Assembly: GCA_028534125.1 (NCBI GenBank)
Contig: CM052824.1
Span: 58,404,001-58,468,000 of the forward strand
Source: Lama glama
Taxonomy: Eukaryota
DNA length: 64,000 bases
Reading direction: 5' to 3'
Part shown: positions 13,196 to 24,658 of the stretch, piece by piece
Layout of the letters: every line of letters begins with the position of its first letter
Numbering within the stretch: position 1 is the stretch's first letter
The notes under the pieces: model-generated
What the model was told of the DNA's origin: nothing
What the model saw: only the letters and a program-made list of their open reading frames with translations
Databases searched by the model: none
Translations under genes and position numbers: made by a program

Positions 13196-13454
13196 TAAGG
13201 TGTTCTGGCGATGAGGGAGAGGTCCTGAGTGGGGCAGACGGTAGAAACTGGGGGGCAGTAGCAGGAAGCCCTGGCTCTCAGCCCCCGGAAACAGTCCAGA
13301 CCTTCCTTCCCACATGCCACTGCAACTGGGTGACTTTGGACTGTAAAACATTAAATCTCCTTTCAGCTCCCATTAACCAAGTTTGTTCAAAAGTTTTCTG
13401 AGCACCATTTAAATGTGATGCTGGCCTTGCACAGCATCACGAGCCTGTGAAATC

Positions 13455-13530
13455 AGGGTCCCCATTTTACAGGACGGAGAGACCCATAGAGTTGATTTGC
13501 CCAGGTCACAAAGCTGCTGAGGCAGGCTCT
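13455..13530 (+). mobile_element. MIR fragment
   Basis: cccattttacaggacggagagaccc...gatttgcccaggtcacaaagctg. Confidence 0.55.
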
Positions 13531-14299
13531 CTCCATTCTTCCCTGAACTCAACTGTCCAGACAGCAGGCCTCCTGCCAGGTCCTGCAGGGACAGAGGAGG
13601 GTAGGGTGGCCAGGGGCTCATATGCAGGGCTGGGCTGACGGCAGCTCACAGCCCACCTGACCTTATCGCTCTCTGACCCACCACTCTCGGTTCCAGCCTC
13701 CCTCAGGGCCTGTCCCCTATTCAGCTTCAGGCATGCTTCCTTCTGCCTCTGTGTCTGCAAACTCGATGCCCTCCCTCCCTGTGGACGCCCTTGCTCTCAT
13801 TTCCAGTGGCAAGCAGCCTGCCAGTCCCTGAGGGCCCCAACTCCTAGCTCCAGCATTTCTTCCATGCAGACTCCTAACCCTCCCATCCAAGTCCTTTCCC
13901 TGGGTCCCTCTCATTTCTCTGTATCCCTACTTGGCTCCTGCCTCCCTCCCACCCTGTTACAGTTTATTTTAGTCACCTGCTTACTTGCCTTCCTCCTCCC
14001 TCATTCCTCTGTGAGCACCTGGTAGTGGAAGCATTTACTGCTTTTAAAAAGTAAGGAACAGTGTCTAAGGATAACATACATATACGATGTAAATATCATA
14101 TAAAAGTAGTATATATTGATTGTGGACCATATGGAAAATACAAACGCATATAAAGAACACAATAAAAGCCACCCAGAGTCCTAACACCTGAAGATTATCA
14201 CTGTGAAATAATTTTGGCTTCTATTTCATTTTCCCAGGCTCACACATATACTTTTGTTTTTCCCAAGTGAAGTCAGGATCCCCCTGTAAAGTTTTGATT

Positions 14300-15600
14300 T
14301 CTGCCTTTTAGCATTTCCACCGTAGGCCAACATTCTCCCTCAACACGAACTGCAGTGGGTGGTCATCTCGCTGCGTGGGGGCCAGTGCTGCGATTTCAGG
14401 CTGCCCCAAGGGCAGTGTCCCCGCAGCCCGGGCACCCAGCGAGCACTCCGAAACCCTGCGGGGGGCGGGCAGTCCCTGCGCAAGGACCCCGCGGGGCGAG
14501 GTCGGATGGAGGTGGCTCGCCCACCCGAGTCCGAGAGCCAAAAGGTGTCAGTTTCTGGGAGGACCGCACGGGGCCGACGAGGGCGGGGTCCCTTCAGATT
14601 TCACCGGACAGGGACATTCTGGAGTTTGGGGCCGACTCCTGGCAGACGCCGGCGGCGACTTCTCGGCCCAGGACCCGGGCGCCCGGCGGCCCCGCCCGCC
14701 ACCTGCCGCTCGCCTCTCGGACTGGGTCAGGTGTCCCTTGGGGACGGCAGGGCGGGGCCGCGGGGAGGGGCGCTCCCGCCAAATTCGGGCCCCAACCCAG
14801 CCGCGCGGCAGTATCGCGAGAGCTCGCGGGCGGCGCGCAGGTCCGGGCGGCTGCCCTTCCCGGCCGGCGTCGGCGGCGCAGTGCGCAGGCGCGGCGGGCG
14901 GGTTTCCCCGGGCTACAGCCGGCGCCAGCGCCTGCNNNNNNNNNNNNNNNNNNNNNNNNNNNNNNNNNNNNNNNNNNNNNNNNNNNNNNNNNNNNNNNNN
15001 NNNNNNNNNNNNNNNNNNNNNNNNNNNNNNNNNNNNNNNNNNNNNNNNNNNNNNNNNNNNNNNNNNNNNNNNNNNNNNNNNNNNNNNNNNNNNNNNNNNN
15101 NNNNNNNNNNNNNNNNNNNNNNNTGCTCTACCGGCCGCCGCGCTACCAGGTTCGGGCCAGGCCGGGCCGGGGCGAGGACCGGGGCCGGGGCGGGGGTCAG
15201 GGCGAGGGTCGGCGGGCCGGGCGCGGCGAGTGGGCACTGTCTTCCGGGTGTCGAGGTCTGGGTCGGCTGAGAGCCCGGCCCGCGAGAGGGGCTGCCTCCC
15301 CCGGCCGTGTTCTTGAGCAGCATCAAGTTCAGGTGGCAGGAGGAACCCCTCCTCTCCAGTTTGGGGGGGCGTGGGGCCCCTCTACCTGGAAGAGTGGGTG
15401 GGAAACTGCAGTTGGTGCGATTCAGCATGTGCGGCTGATGCGCGTGGGGCGGGGAGTGAGCGGGCCCACGAGTTCTTTTATGTAATTTAAGGTGTGGAGA
15501 ACTACCTGCTGTCAAGTCTGAGGTCAAAGGCCCCGCAGTTACGTGCAGGGGGCTGGGCGCAGAATCCCGGGTGCCCCGACCCGATTCGCTGCGTGGACTT
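14300..15600. promoter_or_regulatory. ICMT promoter CpG island
   Basis: GC boxes (gggcgggg) and CpG-dense sequence around ICMT exon 1; boundaries approximate. Confidence 0.8.
14936..15123. other. Assembly gap (188 N) covering the ICMT start codon
   Basis: N run; sequence resumes mid-exon at tgctctaccggccgccgcgctaccag|gt (LYRPPRYQ). Confidence 0.99.
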
Positions 15601-18600
15601 GAGAGAATCCGGCCAATAAGCTAGGTTTACGCAGTTTTCCCACAGCCCAGAATAACAATAATCATAAGTAATGGTAGCTGCAACTTATGTAGCGCTTACT
15701 CTTAAGTGTTTTACGTGGGTAATCCTCCGAGGCGGGTACTGTTGGCCACCCCCGTTGTGTAGATGGGGAAACCGATGTCCAGAGAGGTTAAGTAACTTCC
15801 TAAGGCCACAGAGCCAGAGAGGGGCGGGCTTGGGGTCGGAACCCGGGCAGTCCTGCTTCACCCTGTTAATCTCTGAGCAAATTGGCTCTCCGTACTTGCC
15901 AGTGGCCTGCTTATCCCAGGAAGTGGGATGTGTGCTCTGAGAACAGCCAGGTGACTGAGCTTCTTTTGGGTCCGTTTCAGATAGCCATCCGAGCCTGTTT
16001 CCTTGGCTTTGTGTTTGGCTGTGGAGTGCTGCTAAGTTTTAGCCAGTCTTCTTGGAATCACTTTGGCTGGTAAGGAGTGCTTTGGAAATGATAGTTTTGA
16101 GGTGAGGGTGGGTGGATCAGAGGGTCAGGAGGGATGTTTCTGCACCCCTGGCTGGCTGGCTGGCTGGCTGGCTGGGGGCTATTGAGGGTTCTAAGGAAAT
16201 GAGATCTCTAGCGTCCACCTAGATTCCCACATCTCGGACCTTGACAGCTTGTGCCCATTGGTTCCTTCTGCTGCAGGTGGAAACAGGTCTCCCTGGCACC
16301 CTCCCCATAGGCGCTCTGCAGCTGCAGCCCATTGAGTAATGTGACCAGCCCTTCCCAGAAGAGGGTGCAGGTCCTCAGTGACAGGAAGGGGCAAGGCTCT
16401 GGCTCGTCTTCAACAGGCCTTTTCCGTTTCTATTAGGTCACATCTAGTGCATCCCCCACGGCCAGTGTAGGATTTTTCCCTACACTATGATTTCAGTCCC
16501 TTGAGCCTTCTAGTCCCTGACCTGGATATGAACCAGTGGCTTCAAGGTAAAAAGCTTTATCTCCTATTATCAGTACTCTGAGCCATCTAATCCTTCTTTG
16601 CCAGAATTATTTCAGTTTTTTGAATTTTTGTATTTGACATACATCACTACTTTATTTTGATATTTCCCTCTTTCATGTTTTCCTGTGTGTAGTGTCATTT
16701 TTTTTAAAAAAAGGCTGAAGGCCCATAATGCCTTCCTAGCCTATGTTTTTTTTTTTGTTGTTGTTGTTTTTTTCCCCCCTCCTGTGACATGCAAAAACGT
16801 GGTCCCTTTAAAACCCCACTTTCTGCAAACCTCAAGGAGTGATGGATGCTACATGTGGGTGCCTGATGTCCACTCTCAGACAGGTGACAACAGGACCTCA
16901 TCATAGAATTCAGGGACAGTTCAGACCAAATCTGTACTTTGACTTCTGGCTAAGTTGGTTCCCTTGCCCCAGCTTACCTCTCTTCCGTTTTGGTTTTAAA
17001 TAGGTACATGTGCTCCCTGTCACTGTTCCACTATTCCGAATACTTAGTCACGGCAGTCAACAATCCCAAGAGTCTGTCCTTGGATTCCTTTCTCCTGAAT
17101 CACAGTCTGGAGTATACAGTAGCTGCCCTTTCTTCTTGGATAGAGTTCACACTTGAAAATATCTTTTGGCCAGGTCAGTGTGCCCTACTTACCCTTCTGG
17201 CGGGGGGACAGGTGGCTCCCACGGGGTGCCTGAGGACAGTGACGTGGGTGCACTTCTCAGGTCTAATCTCCCAAGTGACTTTCCCCAGACCTCTGTCCTC
17301 ACTAAGCTCTTTATAACGGCCAGGCTCTGCTTGTGAATTCTGCTTCTGGATTTTGAATGGAGGACACGTTGACCTTTCGCTTTAAGCCCTGAATAACATA
17401 GTGCACCATCTAACGTGAAGCCCCAACTTTTGATAAAATTAATCCCAGTTTTATAGTCAGGAGATTTGGATCTATCCATTTTCTGTGTTCTTGTGAAGAT
17501 TTCATTAGCAAAAAACCACTGCATCTGGAACCCACCCTCACACCGAACTTTCCACAGCAAGTTAAAGAAAGTGTATGTAGTTCCCAGGATTTGGTAAAGG
17601 GCTAAGGCAGGAAACGCTGGCTCCACCTCTGCCTCACTTAGCTGACCTTGTCCCCAAAGGCAGGGTGGGAGCGTGTGGCAGGGCGATGTGGCCTGAGAGC
17701 CCATCAGCTCTTTGCCACGAGGCTCTGACTGCGCTTTGGGAGCTTCAAAGTACATGGATGGACAGCGCAACTTAGGGGAGTGTGTTTTGCTTATAGTTAA
17801 ATTTTAATGCGATGACAAGTGCTGGCTGCCCACTAGCATGTTTTCTAGTGTTCCTATATTTGGGAAAATTGGTTCATTTTAAGCATCCAAAGGGGGAACC
17901 CAACAATCCGGGGTCTTCACTTCCCATTTGTCACCTCATCTCCCTGGCAGAGCTGAAGCAGATCACCTGGCTCAGCACCACGGGGCTGCTGATGGTGGTC
18001 TTTGGAGAATGTCTGAGGAAGGCAGCGATGTTTACAGCTGGTTCCAATTTCAACCACGTGGTGCAGAATGAAAAATCAGAAACTCACACTCTGGTGACCA
18101 GCGGAGTATACGCTTGGTTCCGGCATCCTTCCTATGTTGGGTGGTTTTACTGGAGCATCGGAACCCAGGTATAGTATCAGATGCAATACTGGTCTCATTT
18201 AAAGTTCTTTAAAATGTGTTTTCAATTGACGTATAATTCCCATACCATTTCCAAGTGTACACTTCAGTGGGTTTCAGTGTATTTACAGAGTTGTTGGTCC
18301 TCTTAAAGAGGTACAAGGGTTCCCTGCCGTGTTTCCAGTGTTAAAGCCAAAAGAATTGATTTAGTTCTTAACTTTCTTTTTTTGCTGTATACTTAAGATC
18401 TGGGAGTCCTAAACTTGTAAACACTTGGTGAATCTGGGTGCAGTCACTCCATCTGTCGTGCCTCTCTCCTGCCTCTTTACCCTAGATCTGGATCTGAGTT
18501 ACTCAGATCAGTGGGGTGAGGGCCCTCTGCCACTCCCTAGGCAGCTTAGCTGGTTTTCATTAGAAGCTGCTGTTGATGAGGTCAAGGTCATGTGTCAGGC

Positions 18601-20350
18601 TGAACATGAGTGAAGGAGGCTTGTTCTGTCTCAGGCTGCAGATCGAGCCGTGTTTCTTGACAACTGTCTCTGGAGTCTGTTCTCTTAGTCCTAGATGGTC
18701 TTGGCCAGAGAATGTGCATAGAGCTTAGAAGACTCATCACCTGTTTGGGAAAATCCATTCTGGGCCCCCAGGCATCCCACTGAGGTTCATGGTGCCTGGG
18801 GACGCTCTAGTGACCCCAGTGGTATGGTAGGGGTAGGTTACTACACAGCATTTATTTTGAAACTTGCATTTTTGAAACTTAAGACTCCCGTATTGGCAGT
18901 CACATTCCCTGGGAACAAACTGATTGTAGTTGAATCATGTAATTTGCCGTAAATGCTAACTAATAAACTCAGCGCTCTAGGACTAAAGAGTTTTTCATAC
19001 CTCTTGGACCATAGATCTTTTTACACCATGACCCAGCACACACGTTTGTATAAAAACGGAATAAATCTTTCCTGGAACAGACATTTACCCTTACTGTGTA
19101 CACAGCACTCTGTTTTCTATCTTACTGTTATTTGTAAAGCTGTTTATGGTGCACTGAATTGATTCCATGGCTCCGTAACAGGTTGTGGCCTGAGATTGGG
19201 AAAGCCCGCTACAGGGCACGCTGGAAACTGCCCGTGTCTGCCAGCCGTGACGGCTCAGGCTCTGGGGTCACTGGCTGGGCCCGTCCTGGCTCTGACACTC
19301 ACCGACTGGCTTCCCTCCCCTCATGAGTTCATTGGGGACAGCGGTGCTCCCGCAGGCTTGCTCTGGGGGTTGAATGGCTTGGTGGTGGTCGTGATGAGCT
19401 TGGCGTGTGTTGGGAACACAACAGGCGCTCAGTAAACTGGTGAGAATGAGAAGGAGGGGCATGTGCCTGGCCCTCTCGGCGGAATCACCCACCTGGGGAA
19501 GACATGCGTCCCGAAAGGGTCCACTGGAGTTGGGGGGTTGTGGTCAGTGGGCTCCCTGAGCTGCGCAGAGGAAGTGGGCCAAGGAGCTGCTTGCCCGGGT
19601 TCCAAAGCCATCCTGGGGAGATGTGGTTTAGGCCTTGGTGGAGCAGGGGCGCAAGCTGATGAAAGAAGTGGTTTGGGCAGCTCAGCTGGGTAGCAGTGTG
19701 TTGAGTACACGGGAGCCTGTGGGGGCCGGGCAGCTGTGGGGTTGGAGGGAGCGCGTCAGGGTGTATGTGGCCAGGACAGGAAGGAATGTGCTGGGAGCCC
19801 CTCGGGAAGGCGGTGGTGCATGGAATTGGGGATTCATACACTGAGGTGGGGGAGGAGTTGCTGTCACCCCTACCTGAGGGTTGAAATCCAAGAGGTTGAT
19901 CTTTCTTTTTAATGTTTAGGTATCAGGTAAGAAGAACAACAGAAAAGCATATGGAAAAAAAAGAAATGGTGATGAATGTTTAGTTCTGTTGTGAAAGTGA
20001 TGATGTGATTTTGGTTAGTGGCGCCCTGGCCCTGGCGCTCAGAGGTAGCATTTGGAGAGTCTGTCAGGCACTTTCCCTGTGAGTGTGGGAGAGCCACAGA
20101 GGCCGCTAAAGTTCACGGAATCGAATCACACTGACCTGGACCCCCTAACCTCGTGTTCCTCCGACAGGTCATGCTGTGTAACCCCATCTGCGGCGTGAGC
20201 TACGCTCTGACCGTGTGGCGATTCTTCCGCGACCGGACAGAAGAGGAGGAAATCTCACTGATTCACTTTTTTGGAGAGGAGTACCTGGAGTATAAGAAGC
20301 GAGTGCCCACGGGCCTGCCTTTTATAAAGGGGGTCAAGGTGGAGCTATGA
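15124..20350 (+). CDS. ICMT: Protein-S-isoprenylcysteine O-methyltransferase (start codon hidden in gap)
   Basis: join(<15124..15149,15981..16069,17004..17173,17951..18168,20168..20350), GT-AG. ...LYRPPRYQ / IAIRACFLGFVFGCG...HFGW / YMCSLSLFHYSEYLVTAVNNP...IFWP / ELKQITWLS...RHPSYVGWFYWSIGTQ / VMLCNPICG...EEEE...GVKVEL*. Contains the ICMT RHPSY motif. Confidence 0.97.
15650..15870 (+). mobile_element. MIR
   Basis: aataacaataatcataagtaatggtagc...agatggggaaaccgatgtccagagaggttaagtaacttcctaaggccacagagc. Confidence 0.65.
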
Positions 20351-21689
20351 CATGCCGGGGGCGGTCCGGGTGGGGCCGAGGGGCCCCTGACTCTGCGTGG
20401 CCTGGACAGAGCTGCCTCCTGTCGGCCACTCTGCAGAGTAGATTTTCTTAATCATTTTCTATGTCACCAGTTACTGTTCTGGAATTTCACTCAAGACCAA
20501 GTGGTCAGAAGGCCTTAGGACCAAAGGACCCCCTCCCCCCTCCCCACCACCCTGGAGCAGCCTGTTCTTGGGCTGCATCAAGGCAGGATGGAGATGAGAG
20601 ATGGACAAGGAGGAAATAGCAGCAATACTCAGCAGCGCCCTCCAGACACGCCCGGGGCGAGCCCAGGCCGCACTCCGCCCCGCAAGACCCGCCATGCTAA
20701 CCTGTGACCAGGCCCCTGGGAGCGGTGTGAGGCTCCTGCAGCAGGAAGGGGTGCACGGGCATCAGTGCTTCTTAGCGTTAGAGACACATTCAGAATCCTT
20801 ACTTTAACCGAAAAACAAACAGCACAGCTTCAACCTCCTTTCTCTCCTTAAGTGCATGAGCATCTATACGATTTTAAAGACACTTCCTTACAAGGCACTT
20901 TGGCTCTTCATAGATCCCATCGTATTTACAGATCTATTTTTTTAAAATAGCAGTATGAACTCAAAGGGGACTTGGTTGGTGTGTGAGCCCCACCTTTTAA
21001 AGTTTGGCAGAAAGGCAGCGTGGATGCCCCCAGATGACTCGACCGAGGCTGCGCGTTACCAGGGTCCCCCAGGCCAGGGGTCTCCCGTGGCGTCTCTGGG
21101 GCCCTGGCTCCTGCTCTCCACTAGGAGGGGGCTGTCCCCAGTGACAGGCATGTCACAGATGTGTCATTTCTTCTTTATCCAAGAAATGCCTCCTGGATGC
21201 CTGCTCTGTGCAAGGCCCTGTTAAACATGGAGAAGTGCTGCTCTCTGTCTACCTGGGGTTTCTTCTTATGTTACCATGGCTTGTGTTTTTGCGTTTCAAC
21301 TTAAACGTATTAACCATCGATTTCTCTGTTCTGTTCTCAAAATGCCATCGTCCCTAATGCCGTTTCAAACCGTCTTTCCCAGAGGGGCTTGAGTATATAC
21401 ACAACCACGAAATTTAAGCAAGTCAACTCATGAGAAAAATAGAGATGTAGTCAGTACTTTGTCAGGTTCGGGGAGAGTGGTTGGCTTTGCACGTCAGACG
21501 TGTAAGCTTTGAGACCCTTGTTGGATTCTGGACCAGAGAGGAACTTGGTGTCAGCGTGAAGCCCTTCCGTGCTGTCGTTCCACAGTGGCCCCCGTGGGGC
21601 ATGACTCTGAGGCGGTGTCAGCCCCAGGCTGTCACGCGGTCCTGCCACACTGCGCCACATGGCTTTCTAGGAGCCACTAAACCTTTCTG

Positions 21690-21785
21690 TGCCTAGACCC
21701 CCTGCTCTGTCAAAGGGGGTCAGTACCACCTACCTCACAGGGGTGTCGTAAAGACTTAGAAGAACAATGTCAAGCATTTTTAATA
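21690..21785 (-). mobile_element. MIR fragment
   Basis: ctctgtcaaagggggtcagtaccacctacctcacaggggtgtcgtaaagactta. Confidence 0.5.
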
Positions 21786-23436
21786 CTGAGGTGAGAGATG
21801 GCAGAAATGAAACCAGTACTGCACGAGTCACACAGAAAAAGGACAGCACGTGATTCGCTGTACCAGACACTGGAAATGTGTGTTCAAAAAAGCATTTTAC
21901 CAACTCGGACTATTACTCATTTCTAGATTTCATGGCCTAATTAATTTTTTCATTATTATGTATACCAAAGAGGTTTACGGGTTCGTTGGTGACTGGTATG
22001 GCCCCTGCTGGTGTGAGGACTAGACAGACTTGACCCTCGACCCTCTCTGGGGTCTTGTGGGCAGACTGGCCTGGGTGGCTGCTGGAGCCTTGGCGGCTGG
22101 TTCCTCGTCCTCATATGTCAGCATGCACTTCCTCTGTCTGGAGACTCGAGTCAATTCTAAACTTGTTCTCCAGACTGCATAGCGAAGTGAACCCCACGTA
22201 GGATTGCAAAATGGAGAGGGTATGCCTTGGGTTTAGGCGACTGTCCCCAGCTCTTTGAGGGAAAGTTCTGTGTCACTACATTTAGCAGGATTGGACCCAG
22301 CGTTCATGACCACTGAGGGCCACGAGGTCCTCTCTCTACCAGGTGGAGAGCAGCTGGTGGCGCCTCCGGCGTTGTGGACGGTGAGATGGAAGGTGTTGGT
22401 CTGTGTCCCTCCTCCCCCAGCCACGCAGGCCCTCGCATTGGCAGTGAGACCCGTGCACCACTTGGACTTGACGTGCTTTAAAGAGCGGCTCCAGAGCCTG
22501 GTTTGTCACCTGGGGGGAGGTCAGCACTGACTCGGTTGGATAACACGTGAACTACTTCGGGGCAGGATTCGGCAAGTGATTGACTTTCATCCAGCACTGA
22601 GGTCTTCGCAGTATTTTTAACTTGATAAATTTAGCAGTGACAGTGCATGCGGCTGAGAATCAGGTTAATGAGGTACAGGCTTTTTGGGTATTTCCGAAAG
22701 CTTTTTTTGGGTAGAGGCTGCATCGCCAGTTCCCTCAAATTAAAAAACTGTCAAGAGAGTTCTTTTTCCTTTGCAGGTTTTACAGCAGAGATTCTGAGAT
22801 GGAAAATAGGCACTGAACAGAACAAAGCGACTTTGAAGCAGCATAAGATGAAGCATCTTATGAGGATTTGTAGGCTGGGGCTGAGAATGGCAGTTTACGG
22901 TTTATGGAAGAGGTCGTGGGGCCAGCCTGGCAGAAAGCGGAGGCGGCAAGACCCCACCACCACTTCATGGCCATAAACTGCTTCTTAAGCCTAAAAAGTA
23001 AACTCTGTTCTTCCTTCCATTTATTCAGCTCTCTGGGTGATTGACACGATAGCAGGGGTGTCCCTCAGCCAAGGGGTTTTGCTAATAGATTCGGTTCGGT
23101 CGGGCCCAGGCACGGCTCCTCTTGGTCGCAGTCCCTCCGTAATGGGTACAGTGTGCCACTGTCCCTTCTCTGCACTTTCTTCCTGCCTTAGATAGTTGTG
23201 CTTTTGCACCGCGTCTGCTCCTGTAGTGACTTGGCGAGGTCCGGCGACCCCGGCCTGTCCAGCGTGGTGGGAGAGGCTGGCTGCCTGCGCCCCGCTGTGA
23301 AAGCTCGATGCCGCGTCCTGGGCTCCGAAGACCGGCCAGTCAGGTGTGGCGGCAAGCGCTCCCTCCCAAGGACCTGTCCCGTAGTTAGGAGAGTAACTTA
23401 ACAGAGTAATTATTCTACTCTTTACATGCAGAAATG

Positions 23437-23442
23437 TTTATT
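23437..23442 (-). terminator. Candidate RNF207 polyadenylation signal AATAAA (minus strand)
   Basis: tttatt on plus = AATAAA on minus, about 1.2 kb after the RNF207 stop codon. Confidence 0.6.
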
Positions 23443-23489
23443 TAAATACTGGATTTTCTTTGACAGATACTGATTATTTCCGATTCTTA

Positions 23490-23495
23490 AATAAA
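23490..23495 (+). terminator. Candidate ICMT polyadenylation signal AATAAA
   Basis: AATAAA followed about 25 nt later by a GU-rich element (gtgtggttgtggggg); about 3.1 kb after the stop codon. Confidence 0.65.
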
Positions 23496-24658
23496 ACTGT
23501 ACTTGATTTCACTATGAACAACAGTGTGGTTGTGGGGGATTTGGAAACCCTAGGATCTTGCTGCTTCTGGCTAAGAAACGTCCCGAACCTACAGCATAAA
23601 ACCAGATGTGTTTTGCCTACTTGATTCTGTTCTGAACTCCTACCTGTAACCAGTTTGTCATGACAAGTTCCTCCTGCCCCCTGGGCCACCGTGGGAGGTT
23701 TGTGATGCTTTGGGACTGGAGCGTCAGGGCTCTGATGTGACAGGTGTAGAGATACCTATGTAACTGAGGTCCCAGTGTATTGACCTGCGGGCCTACCTGG
23801 CTCGTAGAAGCCATCCGCTGCTGGAACCACTGAATCTAGCCAATACCTGCTTAAAATGTGACTATCTGGGCATCATTTTGCCTCTAAAACTTTACAGTTT
23901 AGATCATGGAGGTTAATTTTTTTGTTGTTAAGCATTTTAAGTTCCACTTGATAAAAAGGGTACTTGGGTAGGGATGGAAAACTTGAGCAAAGTTGCTGGT
24001 GAATTGTGCTTTAATAGCAATAAAGGGCGAACAGCAGGAGAGCGATCGGGGTCGGAATAGGTAGCAGGGAAGCCATGATGGTGGCTGCCTCCTGCCACGC
24101 AGGCCGCAGGCCGCAGGCTGCAGGCCGCCAGGTGCTATTGCTTTGCTTCATGAGCTCAGCTAGAGTGAAGGTTTCTCCCTTTTGCTGAGTCAGTGCTCAG
24201 ATTACTGGGTGGAACTTTCCAGCAGCTCCCGGTTAACAGCGGGGCTGTGATTTTGGAGGAACTGGATTCCTCTGAGGCAGGGCAGCTGCTGCACAGTGGG
24301 ACAGTCTCCTTGTCTAAATTTCAGACAGGTGCACCCCAACGGAAGCTTGAGGGGCCCAGCCCGCAGACGCCAGGGAGATGCAGAGTGAACGAGGGGCCTC
24401 AGGCTGGGTGTTCACACATTTAACATTTTCCAGATGGACTGGGAGGGACACTGTCCCAAGTAACCATCATGAGGACCACGACTTTGAGCAACTTGAAGTC
24501 TAGACTAAGCCAAAGAATCTGAAATTAGGACCTGGCAAAGTTTCTGGGGTTTACTGCTGATACATAAGTACACCTTTGAAAAAAATGATGGGAACCACCT
24601 TGCCTTCAATTTCCCAGCCTTTGTAAAAAGCCCGACCACCAGGGACCAGTCCCAGTTG

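Noticed and set aside
14355-15485. Long ORFs spanning N runs (also 49320-50049 and 50623-51685)
   Set aside because: Artefacts of translating gaps as X; only the ICMT and CHD5 exon parts are real.
17760-17768. GGACAGCGC RE1 right half-site in an ICMT intron
   Set aside because: No CAGCACC left half at canonical or extended spacing.
24098-24132. Short GCAGGCC tandem repeat; also (GGCT)n near 16148-16175 and a 21-bp tandem near 28064-28109
   Set aside because: Ordinary slippage repeats with no spacers or associated genes.
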